The position numbers were made by a program, and so were the translations under genes. A stretch of 24,000 nt of DNA, taken from contig JAHEEO010000002.1 of assembly GCA_024640665.1 (NCBI GenBank), positions 3,875 through 27,874 on the forward strand, read 5' to 3'. This document shows positions 1-8,202 of the stretch, one piece after another; the stretch's first letter is position 1; the number at the start of each line of letters is the position of its first letter. Origin of the DNA: Rhodospirillales bacterium. GTDB lineage: Bacteria > Pseudomonadota > Gammaproteobacteria > Steroidobacterales > Rariloculaceae. The notes under the pieces were generated by a model, which made no database searches, was not told where the DNA came from, and worked only from the letters and a program-made list of their open reading frames with translations.

Positions 1-10
1 GAATTTTGGG

Positions 11-697
11 TTATTCGCCGTGTTCACCTATGAGGTCCGCCAATAAAGCAGCAGCGGCAACCTGCTCAGCACGCCGACGACTCCTGCCTTTACCGACGCT
101 TGATTTTGTTTCATCACCCAACTCACAACGAACCAGAAAAACTCTCTCATGGTCTTTGCCTGAAATCTGCTCGACACGGTAACACGGAAGCGCTTCTCCT
201 CGACCCTGCAACCATTCCTGCAAGCGGGTTTTGGAGTCTTTCAGCTCATCCGGCTCGGGCAGAGTCTGAATCCTGTCGGTATATAGGCGCAAGATCAAGC
301 TTGCGGCATCGCGGTGAGACCCATCCAACAGCACGGCGCCAATGATCGCTTCCACCACATCGGACAAGACAGACGAGCGCTGAGCCCCGCCCGTGCGCAT
401 CTCGCCGCCACCGAGAATGATATGCGGCCCCAAATCGATGCCTTTTGCGATCGCTGCAAGCGTGCTCTGATTCACTAGCGATGCGCGCGCGCGGCTTAGC
501 TCGCCTTCTGTATATTCGGGATGCAACTCGTAAAGTCGGGCGCCAATTGAGTAATTTAGAAATGCGTCCCCGAGAAACTCCAAGCGCTCATAGTTCTGTT
601 TCGATGCACTGCGGTGCGTAAACGCACACTCGAGCAGCGTCGCATCCTCAAACCGGTAGTCAAGATGGGTTTCGGCCCAGCGGGCCAGCGCCTTCAC
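11..697 (-). CDS. rnc: Ribonuclease III
   Basis: The 228 aa ORF contains the RNase III signature ERLEFLGD and a C-terminal dsRBD-like region. It starts at GTG 697, which overlaps the upstream stop as GTGA. It sits downstream of lepA-lepB as in E. coli. Confidence 0.95.
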   Translation of the reverse strand: MKALARWAETHLDYRFEDATLLECAFTHRSASKQNYERLEFLGDAFLNYSIGARLYELHPEYTEGELSRARASLVNQSTLAAIAKGIDLGPHIILGGGEMRTGGAQRSSVLSDVVEAIIGAVLLDGSHRDAASLILRLYTDRIQTLPEPDELKDSKTRLQEWLQGRGEALPCYRVEQISGKDHERVFLVRCELGDETKSSVGKGRSRRRAEQVAAAALLADLIGEHGE

Positions 698-1095
698 CGG
701 GGGATATCCACCTGGCGATCGTACATGACCAAAAAATAGATATCGGCCATGAACAACTCACGGTTTTCCAGTTGGACCCGGAGCTGATACGCATTACGTC
801 CTTGATTGATCGTAATGGCCTCGCGCGGAATGCGCAGACCCTCGACGGCAAACCGACTGTTGAGATCCAAGCGAATATCGGTTGGGCCTCTGCCACTCGA
901 TTGGTAGTCTCGCTCAATATCGTCGAGAATTGTATTCAGACGCATGTTATTGAGATAAATAGGTACAAGCTTCAAAGCGCCAAGTCCCACGATCCCAATC
1001 AAGGTTGCCAGAATAAGAAACCCGATTACAGTAACGCCGCGCTGTGACCGCTCGTTCTTTCTACCTAATTGATACTGCTGCCTATGCGGCCCCAT
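694..1095 (-). CDS. DUF4845-type small membrane-anchored protein
   Basis: The 133 aa ORF has an N-terminal QRGVTVIGFLILATLIGIVGLGAL prepilin-like hydrophobic segment typical of the DUF4845 family found between lepB and rnc. A strong SD (GAAGGAGG) lies 6 nt upstream of ATG 1095. Family assignment is from memory of the motif, not from a search. Confidence 0.8.
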   Translation of the reverse strand: MGPHRQQYQLGRKNERSQRGVTVIGFLILATLIGIVGLGALKLVPIYLNNMRLNTILDDIERDYQSSGRGPTDIRLDLNSRFAVEGLRIPREAITINQGRNAYQLRVQLENRELFMADIYFLVMYDRQVDIPR

Positions 1096-1847
1096 CGCGG
1101 GCCTCCTTCGCTAAATGCGCGCCAACTCATCCAAATTACTTCCGCTTTCCCGACAAACAGTTTCTCGGAAACAAATCCGACATCAGAATAGCGACTATCT
1201 TGACTATTATCCCGGTTGTCACCCATCAGAAAATAGTGCCCCTCAGGCACCATATATTCGCCACCGCGGCCAGAGCGAATACGCGAGAGCAGAACTTCAT
1301 GCTCAACCTCACCCAATTGCTCGCGAACCAAGTTGGCCTCTGGCTCATCGGCGAAACTGCCAACTATAGCCATATCCATGGACTCGCCATTAATCGTCAA
1401 TTGCTTTGTAGCTGCCGAATAATTGACTGTATCACCGGGCAGGCCAACAACTCGCTTAATATAGTTAACCGATGTATCTGATGGATATCTAAATACCACA
1501 ACATCGCCGCGTTTCGCCTCACCTATGTCGACAATTTTGGTATTTAGAACGGGTAGCCGCAGACCATACGAGAACTTGTTCACAAAAATGAAGTCGCCGG
1601 TAAGCAGTGTGGGCATCATCGAGCCTGATGGAATACGAAAGGGCTCGAACACAAAGGAGCGCAAAACCAGCACAAGGAACAGAACGGGGAAAAAGGACTT
1701 GGCGTACTCTACGACGAGAGGATCTGGCTGATAACGGTCTCGAACGGCTTCTAACGAGCGCCTTTTTGGCGCAAACACCAGCATATCGACGAGCCAAATC
1801 AAGCCGGAGACGCCGGTCGCAGCCACCAGTATCAGGGCAAAATCCAA
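1065..1847 (-). CDS. lepB: Signal peptidase I
   Basis: S26 peptidase motifs are present (IPSGSMMPTL, GDNRDNSQDSRY). The longest ORF starts at 1952 but would overlap lepA by 62 nt. TTG 1847 is preceded by GAAGGA and gives (M)DFALILVAATGVSGLIWLVD..FAPKRR, which matches the E. coli LepB N-terminus (MANMFALILV...FFAPKRR). Confidence 0.92.
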   Translation of the reverse strand: MDFALILVAATGVSGLIWLVDMLVFAPKRRSLEAVRDRYQPDPLVVEYAKSFFPVLFLVLVLRSFVFEPFRIPSGSMMPTLLTGDFIFVNKFSYGLRLPVLNTKIVDIGEAKRGDVVVFRYPSDTSVNYIKRVVGLPGDTVNYSAATKQLTINGESMDMAIVGSFADEPEANLVREQLGEVEHEVLLSRIRSGRGGEYMVPEGHYFLMGDNRDNSQDSRYSDVGFVSEKLFVGKAEVIWMSWRAFSEGGPRWGRIGSSIN

Positions 1848-1890
1848 ATCACTAATTCCTTCGTCGCGATCGAAAACGAGCCAGTATTGG

Positions 1891-3690
1891 CTATTTCTTA
1901 TCTGCCTGCAACACAGCCAAGAATGCTTCTTGAGGGATTTCCACGGATCCAAACTGCTTCATCCGCCGCTTTCCCGCCTTCTGTTTTTCGAGCAATTTAC
2001 GTTTGCGCGTGATATCGCCACCGTAAAGTTTTGCGGTGACGTCTTTTCGATAAGCCTTTACTGTCGAGCGCGCGACGATCTGACTGCCGATTGCAGCTTG
2101 AATTGCAACATCAAACTGCTGGCGAGGAATAGCCTCGCGCAGCCGCTCAACCAGTGCACGGCCTTTGCGCTCTGCACCATCCCGATGAACAATCATGGCC
2201 ATCGCATCCACTCGTTCTTTGTTTATCAATATGTCGAGCCGAATGAGCGGTCCAGCATCAAATCTTACCAACTCATAATCGAAAGATGCGTAACCGCGGC
2301 TGACAGATTTTAGTCGATCGAAGAAATCGAGTACGACCTCTGCCAGAGGCAACTCGAATTTCAAAGACACCTGGGTACCTAGATATTGAATCTGCTTCTG
2401 CACACCGCGTTTTTCTATACACAACGTTATCACCGCGCCAATGTAGGACTGCGGCACGAGAATATTGGCTTCGATAATGGGTTCACGAATCTCGCGGACG
2501 CGACTCAACTCCGGAAGCTGCGATGGATTTTCGATCCGTATGGTTTCCCCGTCTGAAGTAACAACTTCGTATACCACTGTCGGCGCAGTTGTTATCAACT
2601 CCAATCCGTGTTCGCGTTCCAGCCGTTCCTGCACAATCTCCATGTGCAATAGACCTAAGAACCCGCAGCGAAACCCAAACCCCAACGCCGCACTCGACTC
2701 AGGCTCGTATGCGAGGGCCGAATCATTAAGCGACAGCTTTGCGAGCGACTCCCGGAAGGCCTCGTAGTCTTCGGAATTTATCGGGAAAAGCCCAGCGAAG
2801 ACGCGCGGTTGCACTTTCTTGAATCCTGGCAAGGCAGCGGTCGAATCGGCAAACTGGGCACTGACTATGGTGTCGCCAACCGGCGCGGCGTCGACCTCTT
2901 TGATCGACGCGATCAAATAGCCAACGCTTCCCGCCGACAGCACTTTCTGATCGGTCGCTCTGGGCGTAAACACGCCCACGCGATCAACCAAATACCGGCG
3001 CTGGGTCGAATGGACCACGACTTTTTCCCCCGCTCGAATTACGCCATTGACCACTCGAACAAGGGACACTACGCCGACGTAGGAATTGAACCATGAGTCG
3101 ATAATCAATGCCTGCAGCGGATCCGTCTCACTTCCGGATGGCGGCTTAATGTCCCTGACAATCTGCTCTAGCAACTCATCAACGCCAGCCCCTGTTTTTG
3201 CGCTGATCTTCAATGCATCGTGGGCCTCGATACCAATGATATCTTCGATATCCCCAGCGACCCGGTCTGGGTCGGCAGTCGGTAAATCTATTTTATTGAG
3301 CACCGGTATCACATCGAGACCCTGGTCAATTGCCGTATAGCAGTTCGCAACGCTTTGTGCTTCTACGCCCTGACTCGCGTCAACCACGAGTAACGCGCCC
3401 TCACAGGCGGCCAAAGACCTTGACACCTCGTACGAAAAATCCACGTGCCCAGGCGTATCTATCAAATTGAGCTGATAATCTAGACCATCGCGTGCGCGAT
3501 AACTGAGACTGACGCTTTGCGCCTTAATCGTAATTCCCCGCTCTCTCTCCAAATCCATCGAGTCGAGCACTTGGTTTTCCATCTCTCGATCAGATAGTCC
3601 GCCGCACATCTGGATAAATCGATCTGCCAGTGTCGATTTGCCATGGTCAATATGCGCAATGATCGAGAAGTTACGGATTCGGTCCATCAT
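1891..3690 (-). CDS. lepA: Translation elongation factor 4 (LepA)
   Basis: The 599 aa ORF has GTPase motifs ([18 protein letters not shown]) and a LepA C-terminal domain. Its ATG overlaps the upstream stop as ATGA. Confidence 0.97.
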   Translation of the reverse strand: MMDRIRNFSIIAHIDHGKSTLADRFIQMCGGLSDREMENQVLDSMDLERERGITIKAQSVSLSYRARDGLDYQLNLIDTPGHVDFSYEVSRSLAACEGALLVVDASQGVEAQSVANCYTAIDQGLDVIPVLNKIDLPTADPDRVAGDIEDIIGIEAHDALKISAKTGAGVDELLEQIVRDIKPPSGSETDPLQALIIDSWFNSYVGVVSLVRVVNGVIRAGEKVVVHSTQRRYLVDRVGVFTPRATDQKVLSAGSVGYLIASIKEVDAAPVGDTIVSAQFADSTAALPGFKKVQPRVFAGLFPINSEDYEAFRESLAKLSLNDSALAYEPESSAALGFGFRCGFLGLLHMEIVQERLEREHGLELITTAPTVVYEVVTSDGETIRIENPSQLPELSRVREIREPIIEANILVPQSYIGAVITLCIEKRGVQKQIQYLGTQVSLKFELPLAEVVLDFFDRLKSVSRGYASFDYELVRFDAGPLIRLDILINKERVDAMAMIVHRDGAERKGRALVERLREAIPRQQFDVAIQAAIGSQIVARSTVKAYRKDVTAKLYGGDITRKRKLLEKQKAGKRRMKQFGSVEIPQEAFLAVLQADKK

Positions 3691-3932
3691 GGCAGTTCGT
3701 TCACTGCCAAGTGAGCGCGCACGTGTTCCGTGTCGAGAGGATAGCTGGATAACTCCTGACCCTTTTCCAAAAGCACGGGAATCCGCAATCCATAACGGCG
3801 AGTGAGATCGATATCATCACTAATATCAACTACATCCAATTGAATATGGGGAGAAAGCAAAGGCATGAGGTCTGCGACCAGCAACTCGCATAAATGACAA
3901 TCCGGGCGACTATACAGGGTCAACCGCCTCAT
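3687..3932 (-). CDS. Glutaredoxin-like (thioredoxin-fold, DUF836-type) CxxC protein
   Basis: The 81 aa ORF begins [13 protein letters not shown] (CxxC) and has a cis-Pro-like IPVL, the pattern of the Glutaredoxin_2/DUF836 family. It has ATGA start/stop overlaps with rseC upstream and lepA downstream. Confidence 0.8.
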   Translation of the reverse strand: MRRLTLYSRPDCHLCELLVADLMPLLSPHIQLDVVDISDDIDLTRRYGLRIPVLLEKGQELSSYPLDTEHVRAHLAVNELP

Positions 3933-4345
3933 TGTTTTCTCGCAACCAATTGACTGACCAGTTTGCGCTCGATTCGGCCGCGCGTCGCTGGTTTAAACAA
4001 GATAACCCCAGCCAGACCGACACTGGAACCCAAGACTGAACCGACATCGGAACCAGCAGATAAATACCATCCCATAAGGCCACCCAACAGTATCCCAAAC
4101 ATCGGCAATCCGTAAGCGATGACAGCCAGTTTTACGATGACTGCGCCGGGCATCGACAATTCGAGCTCAGTATCAGCGTCAATTAGAGAATTCATGTCGT
4201 TCACGGTGACTTGGCTGGACGAGACAAGCAAGCTACACCCGGCACAGCCTCGGCAGGCATTTATTGACTCACGCTCTAAAGTAAGACTTGCGCTATTTCG
4301 GCTGCTTGCACGCACCGTAACGCCTAATAAGCAGCTACGCGGCAT
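3929..4345 (-). CDS. rseC: RseC/MucC family (SoxR-reducing system) protein
   Basis: The 138 aa ORF has an N-terminal Cys cluster (CRGCAGC) followed by two hydrophobic helices. It lies directly after rseB. Confidence 0.8.
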   Translation of the reverse strand: MPRSCLLGVTVRASSRNSASLTLERESINACRGCAGCSLLVSSSQVTVNDMNSLIDADTELELSMPGAVIVKLAVIAYGLPMFGILLGGLMGWYLSAGSDVGSVLGSSVGLAGVILFKPATRGRIERKLVSQLVARKQ

Positions 4346-4361
4346 ATGGGGTTTGGGACTT

Positions 4362-5324
4362 CTATTCAGACTGCAATGAAGTGGCGATACTCTCTACAGT
4401 TCGCCGAGGCACCTCGCCGACGGCGGTCACTTTTCGACCATCCACAGTCAGCGAGAACGCATTCGTGCTTCCAACCGAAGAATAGCCTTCTGTTACTTCT
4501 GCCTCTGTCTTCGGATCTTCGATAAAAACGGAAACGGTAGCGAGACCGTCGGAAAATACCATGTGCTCTACCGGATACTTCGAGCCCGCCATTGGATTGT
4601 GGGTAGTTGCAGTGAGATGAAAGCCATCTGGCAACTGCGCAACGCGCCACGGAATGCCGTTGGCAATTTCGTCGGAAACTTTTGGCGAACTAAACAGCGC
4701 GAACCCATCTGTCACTATTGTAGCCTGCAAAGCGGCGTCGGGAATCGAGTCAGGAAATTCGATGCTCGTAAAATGTATTTCCTCGACTATTTCTTTGTTT
4801 TCACCCCATAAGCGAGATTTCAGGGGCATCGCAGTTTCCCAATCGAGCCATAAGACATACCCATACCGGTATTCGTCTCTAGGCATAATACCCACCACCT
4901 GTGTTTGGCGGTTGGCAACTCGGTCCGTGCTATAGATCTTGAAGCGGTAGTGCGCCTCGAGCTTTTGCGAATAGCTCGGCAAAGCAGATACGAGCGGATT
5001 TATCTCACGACGCTCTTCCAGCAAAACGACTTTTCTATCCGGCAAGATACAGCGAATATTGTCTGCTTCTCGGATTATCTCTCGGCCCACGCCGTCTAAA
5101 GATACGATACGTTCGGCAACCACCCCGTCCACATTGCGATGAATAATTCGCAACGTTTCCGTATTGCCGCCATGAACATGGACAAAGGTGCCATCATAAT
5201 TCAATTGCTCTAGCGCGGCATTCATTCGATCGAGCCAAACTCGCGCGTCTTGGCCCTGCGCGGCAGTCATCATCATACATAGCAGCGACAAACCGACAAG
5301 ATAAGGAGGTGCAGACCTTCGCAT
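4362..5324 (-). CDS. rseB: Sigma-E regulatory protein RseB/MucB
   Basis: The 320 aa ORF has a signal peptide (LLCMMMTAAQG) and an N-terminus typical of MucB/RseB (WLDRMNAALEQLNYDGTFVH). Its ATG overlaps the rseA stop as TAATG. Confidence 0.9.
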   Translation of the reverse strand: MRRSAPPYLVGLSLLCMMMTAAQGQDARVWLDRMNAALEQLNYDGTFVHVHGGNTETLRIIHRNVDGVVAERIVSLDGVGREIIREADNIRCILPDRKVVLLEERREINPLVSALPSYSQKLEAHYRFKIYSTDRVANRQTQVVGIMPRDEYRYGYVLWLDWETAMPLKSRLWGENKEIVEEIHFTSIEFPDSIPDAALQATIVTDGFALFSSPKVSDEIANGIPWRVAQLPDGFHLTATTHNPMAGSKYPVEHMVFSDGLATVSVFIEDPKTEAEVTEGYSSVGSTNAFSLTVDGRKVTAVGEVPRRTVESIATSLQSE

Positions 5325-5923
5325 TAGCGGGTCGCCTCACCAAACTGCGCCTCTGCGGCCTCTGTTTGATAAATGCCTACAACATTGGAGTTTACTGAGG
5401 TTCGGTGCAGCGTCGATGCATAATTGCCGTGCTGCACAAGGTAGTTCGTCAGCCTGATTGGCGGGGCGATGACTCTACCTGATGCAGGCAGGTCTCCGGG
5501 AACGACATAACTGGCGGGCTCCGCCCATCCGTTTGGCTGCGTACTTACGCTCTGAACCGGCGTGTCGATGCTTTCACCTTGGTTGATTGTGCGCAAACCT
5601 ACGAGGGCGATCATTGCAACAGCAGCGGCTATTCCGGCTCCACTCAATACTTGCAACCAGCGCCTCGGTTGGGCAGTTCGTGCCTGGCGGCGAGCGGCAG
5701 CTGGAGGCGCTCCATCTAGAGCCGAATGAATGCGATCCCGCAGCAAAGTTGAATTGGCGAGAACTGCGTCTGCGCGCAGCACGGAACCTATCGCCGCATA
5801 ACGAATCGTCTGCTGGCGAGCAAACTTATCGCTCGTCAATCTTCTAACCAAAAAAGCGGACTCTTCAGATGACAATTCATCATCGATGAAAGCCGAGATT
5901 TGTTCGTGAATATGTTCTGTCAT
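5324..5923 (-). CDS. rseA: Anti-sigma-E factor RseA/MucA
   Basis: Internal ATG 5923 gives MTEHIHEQISAFIDDELSSEE..., the zf-HC2/RseA_N-type N-terminus (compare E. coli ...LSALMDGE). A central TM segment is present (AGIAAAVAMIALVGL). The ORF-track start at 6076 would overlap rpoE and add 51 non-homologous residues. Confidence 0.8.
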   Translation of the reverse strand: MTEHIHEQISAFIDDELSSEESAFLVRRLTSDKFARQQTIRYAAIGSVLRADAVLANSTLLRDRIHSALDGAPPAAARRQARTAQPRRWLQVLSGAGIAAAVAMIALVGLRTINQGESIDTPVQSVSTQPNGWAEPASYVVPGDLPASGRVIAPPIRLTNYLVQHGNYASTLHRTSVNSNVVGIYQTEAAEAQFGEATR

Positions 5924-5997
5924 AGGTTCTTTGCTGTCTTCTCGATGAGAACTCTGTGTAATCAAGCCAATCTGCTGGACTACTCCTGCATTCCAAG

Positions 5998-6570
5998 TTA
6001 TACGAGCGTGCCGATACTTTTGTCGATAGCTTCGCGCGCTCTGAAAATTCTCGACCTGACTGTACCGACCGGACACTCCATAGTCTGCGCAATCTCTTCG
6101 TAACTCAATCCATCTATTTCTCTCAAAAGAATGGCAGTGCGCAGATCCTCGGGCAACTGATTGATCGCTTTATTTACCGTGGCACGGAGCTCCTCAGACA
6201 TGGCTAGCCCCTCTGGCGTATCAAGCTCTTGAAGCTTGGACAGAGTCTCATGCTGCTCCGCATCTTGCAGATCCACATCGAAATGCGCCGCCCGACGACT
6301 CGCGGAAACCAAATGGTTCTTGGCGGTGTTGATAGCGATTCGATATAGCCAGGTGTAAAAGGCGCTTTCACCACGAAACGACGAAGCAGCCCGGTAGGCC
6401 TTGAGGAAAGATTCCTGCGCTACATCCATGGCTTCTGACGGATCTCTAACATATCTCATAATGAGCTTGAGTATTCGATGCTGGTACTTAATTACCAACA
6501 AATCGAATGCCGACCTATCGCCTTGCTGAACTCGCTTTACGAGCGCAAGGTCGGCCGCACCGCCACTCAT
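5998..6570 (-). CDS. rpoE: RNA polymerase sigma-E (ECF sigma-24)
   Basis: ATG 6570 gives 190 aa starting MSGGAADLALVKRVQQGDRSAFDLLVIKYQHRI. This is collinear with E. coli RpoE (MSEQLTDQVLVERVQKGDQKAFNLLVVRYQHKV, 191 aa). Upstream in-frame ATGs at 6603 and 6681 lie in or upstream of the putative promoter. Confidence 0.93.
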   Translation of the reverse strand: MSGGAADLALVKRVQQGDRSAFDLLVIKYQHRILKLIMRYVRDPSEAMDVAQESFLKAYRAASSFRGESAFYTWLYRIAINTAKNHLVSASRRAAHFDVDLQDAEQHETLSKLQELDTPEGLAMSEELRATVNKAINQLPEDLRTAILLREIDGLSYEEIAQTMECPVGTVRSRIFRAREAIDKSIGTLV

Positions 6571-6607
6571 ACGCTTTGTATCTGGAGTATCTGCAAGATT
6601 CATGTCG

Positions 6608-6635
6608 GTAGACCGCGCCGGACACCAAAAAGTTC
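6608..6635 (-). promoter_or_regulatory. Putative sigma-E-dependent autoregulatory promoter of rpoE
   Basis: The minus strand reads GAACTT-N17-TCTAC (GGAACGAACTTTTTGGTGTCCGGCGCGGTCTAC). This resembles E. coli rpoE P2 (GAACTT-N16-TCTAA) and the AlgU consensus. The predicted TSS is near 6600-6602. The call rests on motif similarity only. Confidence 0.4.
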
Positions 6636-6701
6636 GTTCCAATTTAACCCGGCTGCCGCCTGACGTCCAATTCGACTGCATCGACCGGTGTTTCGACGCA
6701 G

Positions 6702-7139
6702 CTATTGGCTGCCGAACGTTGTCGAAGCCGGTCCGCCACCCTCACGCAGCAGGATTTGCAGTCGCCGCCAGTCCGCCGGCGCCAATTCATCAGACCAGAT
6801 CGTGATTTGCCTGCGGCGACCGCCAGGCGAGCATAGCCGCAAGCTTGCCCAGTACCTCGTATATCGACTGGCGGGCGCAAGCTTCCAGCAAACATCGGCC
6901 CGAGTTGCCATCAGACAGATACCATCGACGCGGAATATCAACCGATGCACGCCGCGGGGCCGCACTGCGCAGGCGAACACGCACAACGCCATGGCGGCTG
7001 CGAATTTTACATAAACTGGGCCATCAACAGCGCCCCAAGTCGCGGCGAGCGTTACCTGCTGTGCAAACCAAGCGATCCATGCGAGGCGGGACTGCTCATG
7101 ATGGAGGACGAACGCTCTGCCGAATGGCGCTGATGACAT
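6702..7139 (-). CDS. ygfX: YgfX (CptA)-like inner-membrane protein
   Basis: The ORF has two predicted TM helices (LAWIAWFAQQVTLAATWGAV and VKFAAAMALCVFACAV). Its C-terminal ITIWSDELAPADWRRLQILLRE resembles E. coli YgfX LWLAADSMDEAEWRDLRRILLQ. It lies immediately after sdhE as in E. coli. The start is uncertain: ATG 7139 is preferred, with alternatives at 7187 and 7223. It overlaps the sdhE 3' end by 44 nt. Confidence 0.65.
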   Translation of the reverse strand: MSSAPFGRAFVLHHEQSRLAWIAWFAQQVTLAATWGAVDGPVYVKFAAAMALCVFACAVRPRGVHRLIFRVDGICLMATRADVCWKLAPASRYTRYWASLRLCSPGGRRRQITIWSDELAPADWRRLQILLREGGGPASTTFGSQ

Positions 7140-7302
7140 CGGCGATATCCGTATCTGCGGGCACACTGCGGCCGGCAAGATACCCATAGATATCTGGATC
7201 GGGTAGCTCCAAAACGTTGGCAAATGCCCATTTTTGCCGATCGCTGAGCGACGGATACTCTGAGTCCAAGAACCCCACCAACACGGAATCGAGCTCGCGC
7301 AT
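7096..7302 (-). CDS. sdhE: FAD assembly factor SdhE (succinate dehydrogenase flavinylation factor)
   Basis: MRELDSVLVGFLDSEYPSLSDRQKWAFANVLELPDPDIYGYL aligns with E. coli SdhE ...[45 protein letters not shown]. Coordinates are for the only ATG/GTG/TTG-initiated ORF. The frame stays open up to 7365 and encodes ...LRWRCRRG, so the real start is probably upstream (see finding). Confidence 0.85.
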   Translation of the reverse strand: MRELDSVLVGFLDSEYPSLSDRQKWAFANVLELPDPDIYGYLAGRSVPADTDIADVISAIRQSVRPPS

Positions 7303-7381
7303 TCCGCGGCGGCAGCGCCACCTGAGCTGAGCGGTATTTATCGTTGCGGGCTTATTGATATTTACTCACCAATTGAGCAGC

Positions 7382-8164
7382 TTAGTGTTGCCGATCGGTC
7401 ATCATTTTCTTGATCTCTGCAATCGCCTTGCCTGGATTGAGATCCTTTGGGCAAGCTTTCGTGCAATTGAGAATCGTGTGGCAGCGATACAGCCTAAACG
7501 GATCTTCGAGGGCATCGAGGCGATCACCCGTGGACTCATCCCGACTATCGACGATCCATCGATAAGCCTGCAGCAGCGCTGCCGGACCCAGGTACCGATC
7601 TGAGTTCCACCAGTAACTGGGGCACGACGTAGAACAGCAAGCACACAAAATACAGGCCGACGGATCGTTGATCTTTTCTTGGTCTTCTTTCGATTGCAGC
7701 CGCTCACGATCGGGCGGTGGCGGCGTTTTGGCCTCGAGCCAAGGCTTTACAGACGCATATTGCGCATAGAAATTAGTGAGATCGGGCACCAAATCTCGGA
7801 CCACGGGCATATGCGGCAATGGATAAATCCTTACCGGGCCTTTGACTTCCTCGACGGGCTTGAGACAGGCGAGCGTATTAGTACCGTCGATATTCATTGC
7901 GCAAGAACCACAGATGCCTTCGCGGCACGAGCGTCGAAAAGACAACGTAGGATCAATCTCGTTCTTTATCGTAATCAATGCGTCGAGAACCATTGGGCCA
8001 CATTCGTCCATATCAATCGAATACTGATCGACACTTGGATTTTCCCCGGTCGCAGGATCATAACGGTAAACCTGAAACTCACGCTTATTGGGGGCATCTT
8101 TCGCACCACCGTGATCTTTACCAGGCTTAACTCGCGAATTTGCCGGAAGTTTAAACTGCGCCAC
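7382..8164 (-). CDS. sdhB: Succinate dehydrogenase iron-sulfur subunit
   Basis: The 260 aa ORF has three Fe-S Cys clusters ([39 protein letters not shown]). Confidence 0.97.
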   Translation of the reverse strand: MAQFKLPANSRVKPGKDHGGAKDAPNKREFQVYRYDPATGENPSVDQYSIDMDECGPMVLDALITIKNEIDPTLSFRRSCREGICGSCAMNIDGTNTLACLKPVEEVKGPVRIYPLPHMPVVRDLVPDLTNFYAQYASVKPWLEAKTPPPPDRERLQSKEDQEKINDPSACILCACCSTSCPSYWWNSDRYLGPAALLQAYRWIVDSRDESTGDRLDALEDPFRLYRCHTILNCTKACPKDLNPGKAIAEIKKMMTDRQH

Positions 8165-8202
8165 TGTTAGTCCTCTTTGGTCTCGTCAACGTCTCGATGC
8201 CA

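Noticed and set aside
5924-6076. Several track ORFs have N-terminal extensions: rseA from 6076, rpoE from 6681, sdhA from 10059, sdhD from 10450, nlpD from 17646, yqaA from 18155, ygfZ from 11020 and prfB from 14602.
   Set aside because: The extensions overlap the upstream gene, lack similarity to homologue N-termini and are Arg/Cys-rich. Internal starts restore canonical N-termini, signal peptides and SD spacing.
7096-7223. I considered interpreting sdhE-ygfX as a bona fide toxin-antitoxin (CptAB) module or mobile addiction element.
   Set aside because: The pair is embedded in a housekeeping operon context next to its biochemical client (SdhA). There are no mobile-element hallmarks. The TA interpretation of the E. 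coli homologues is itself debated. I kept it as a functional-linkage finding instead.
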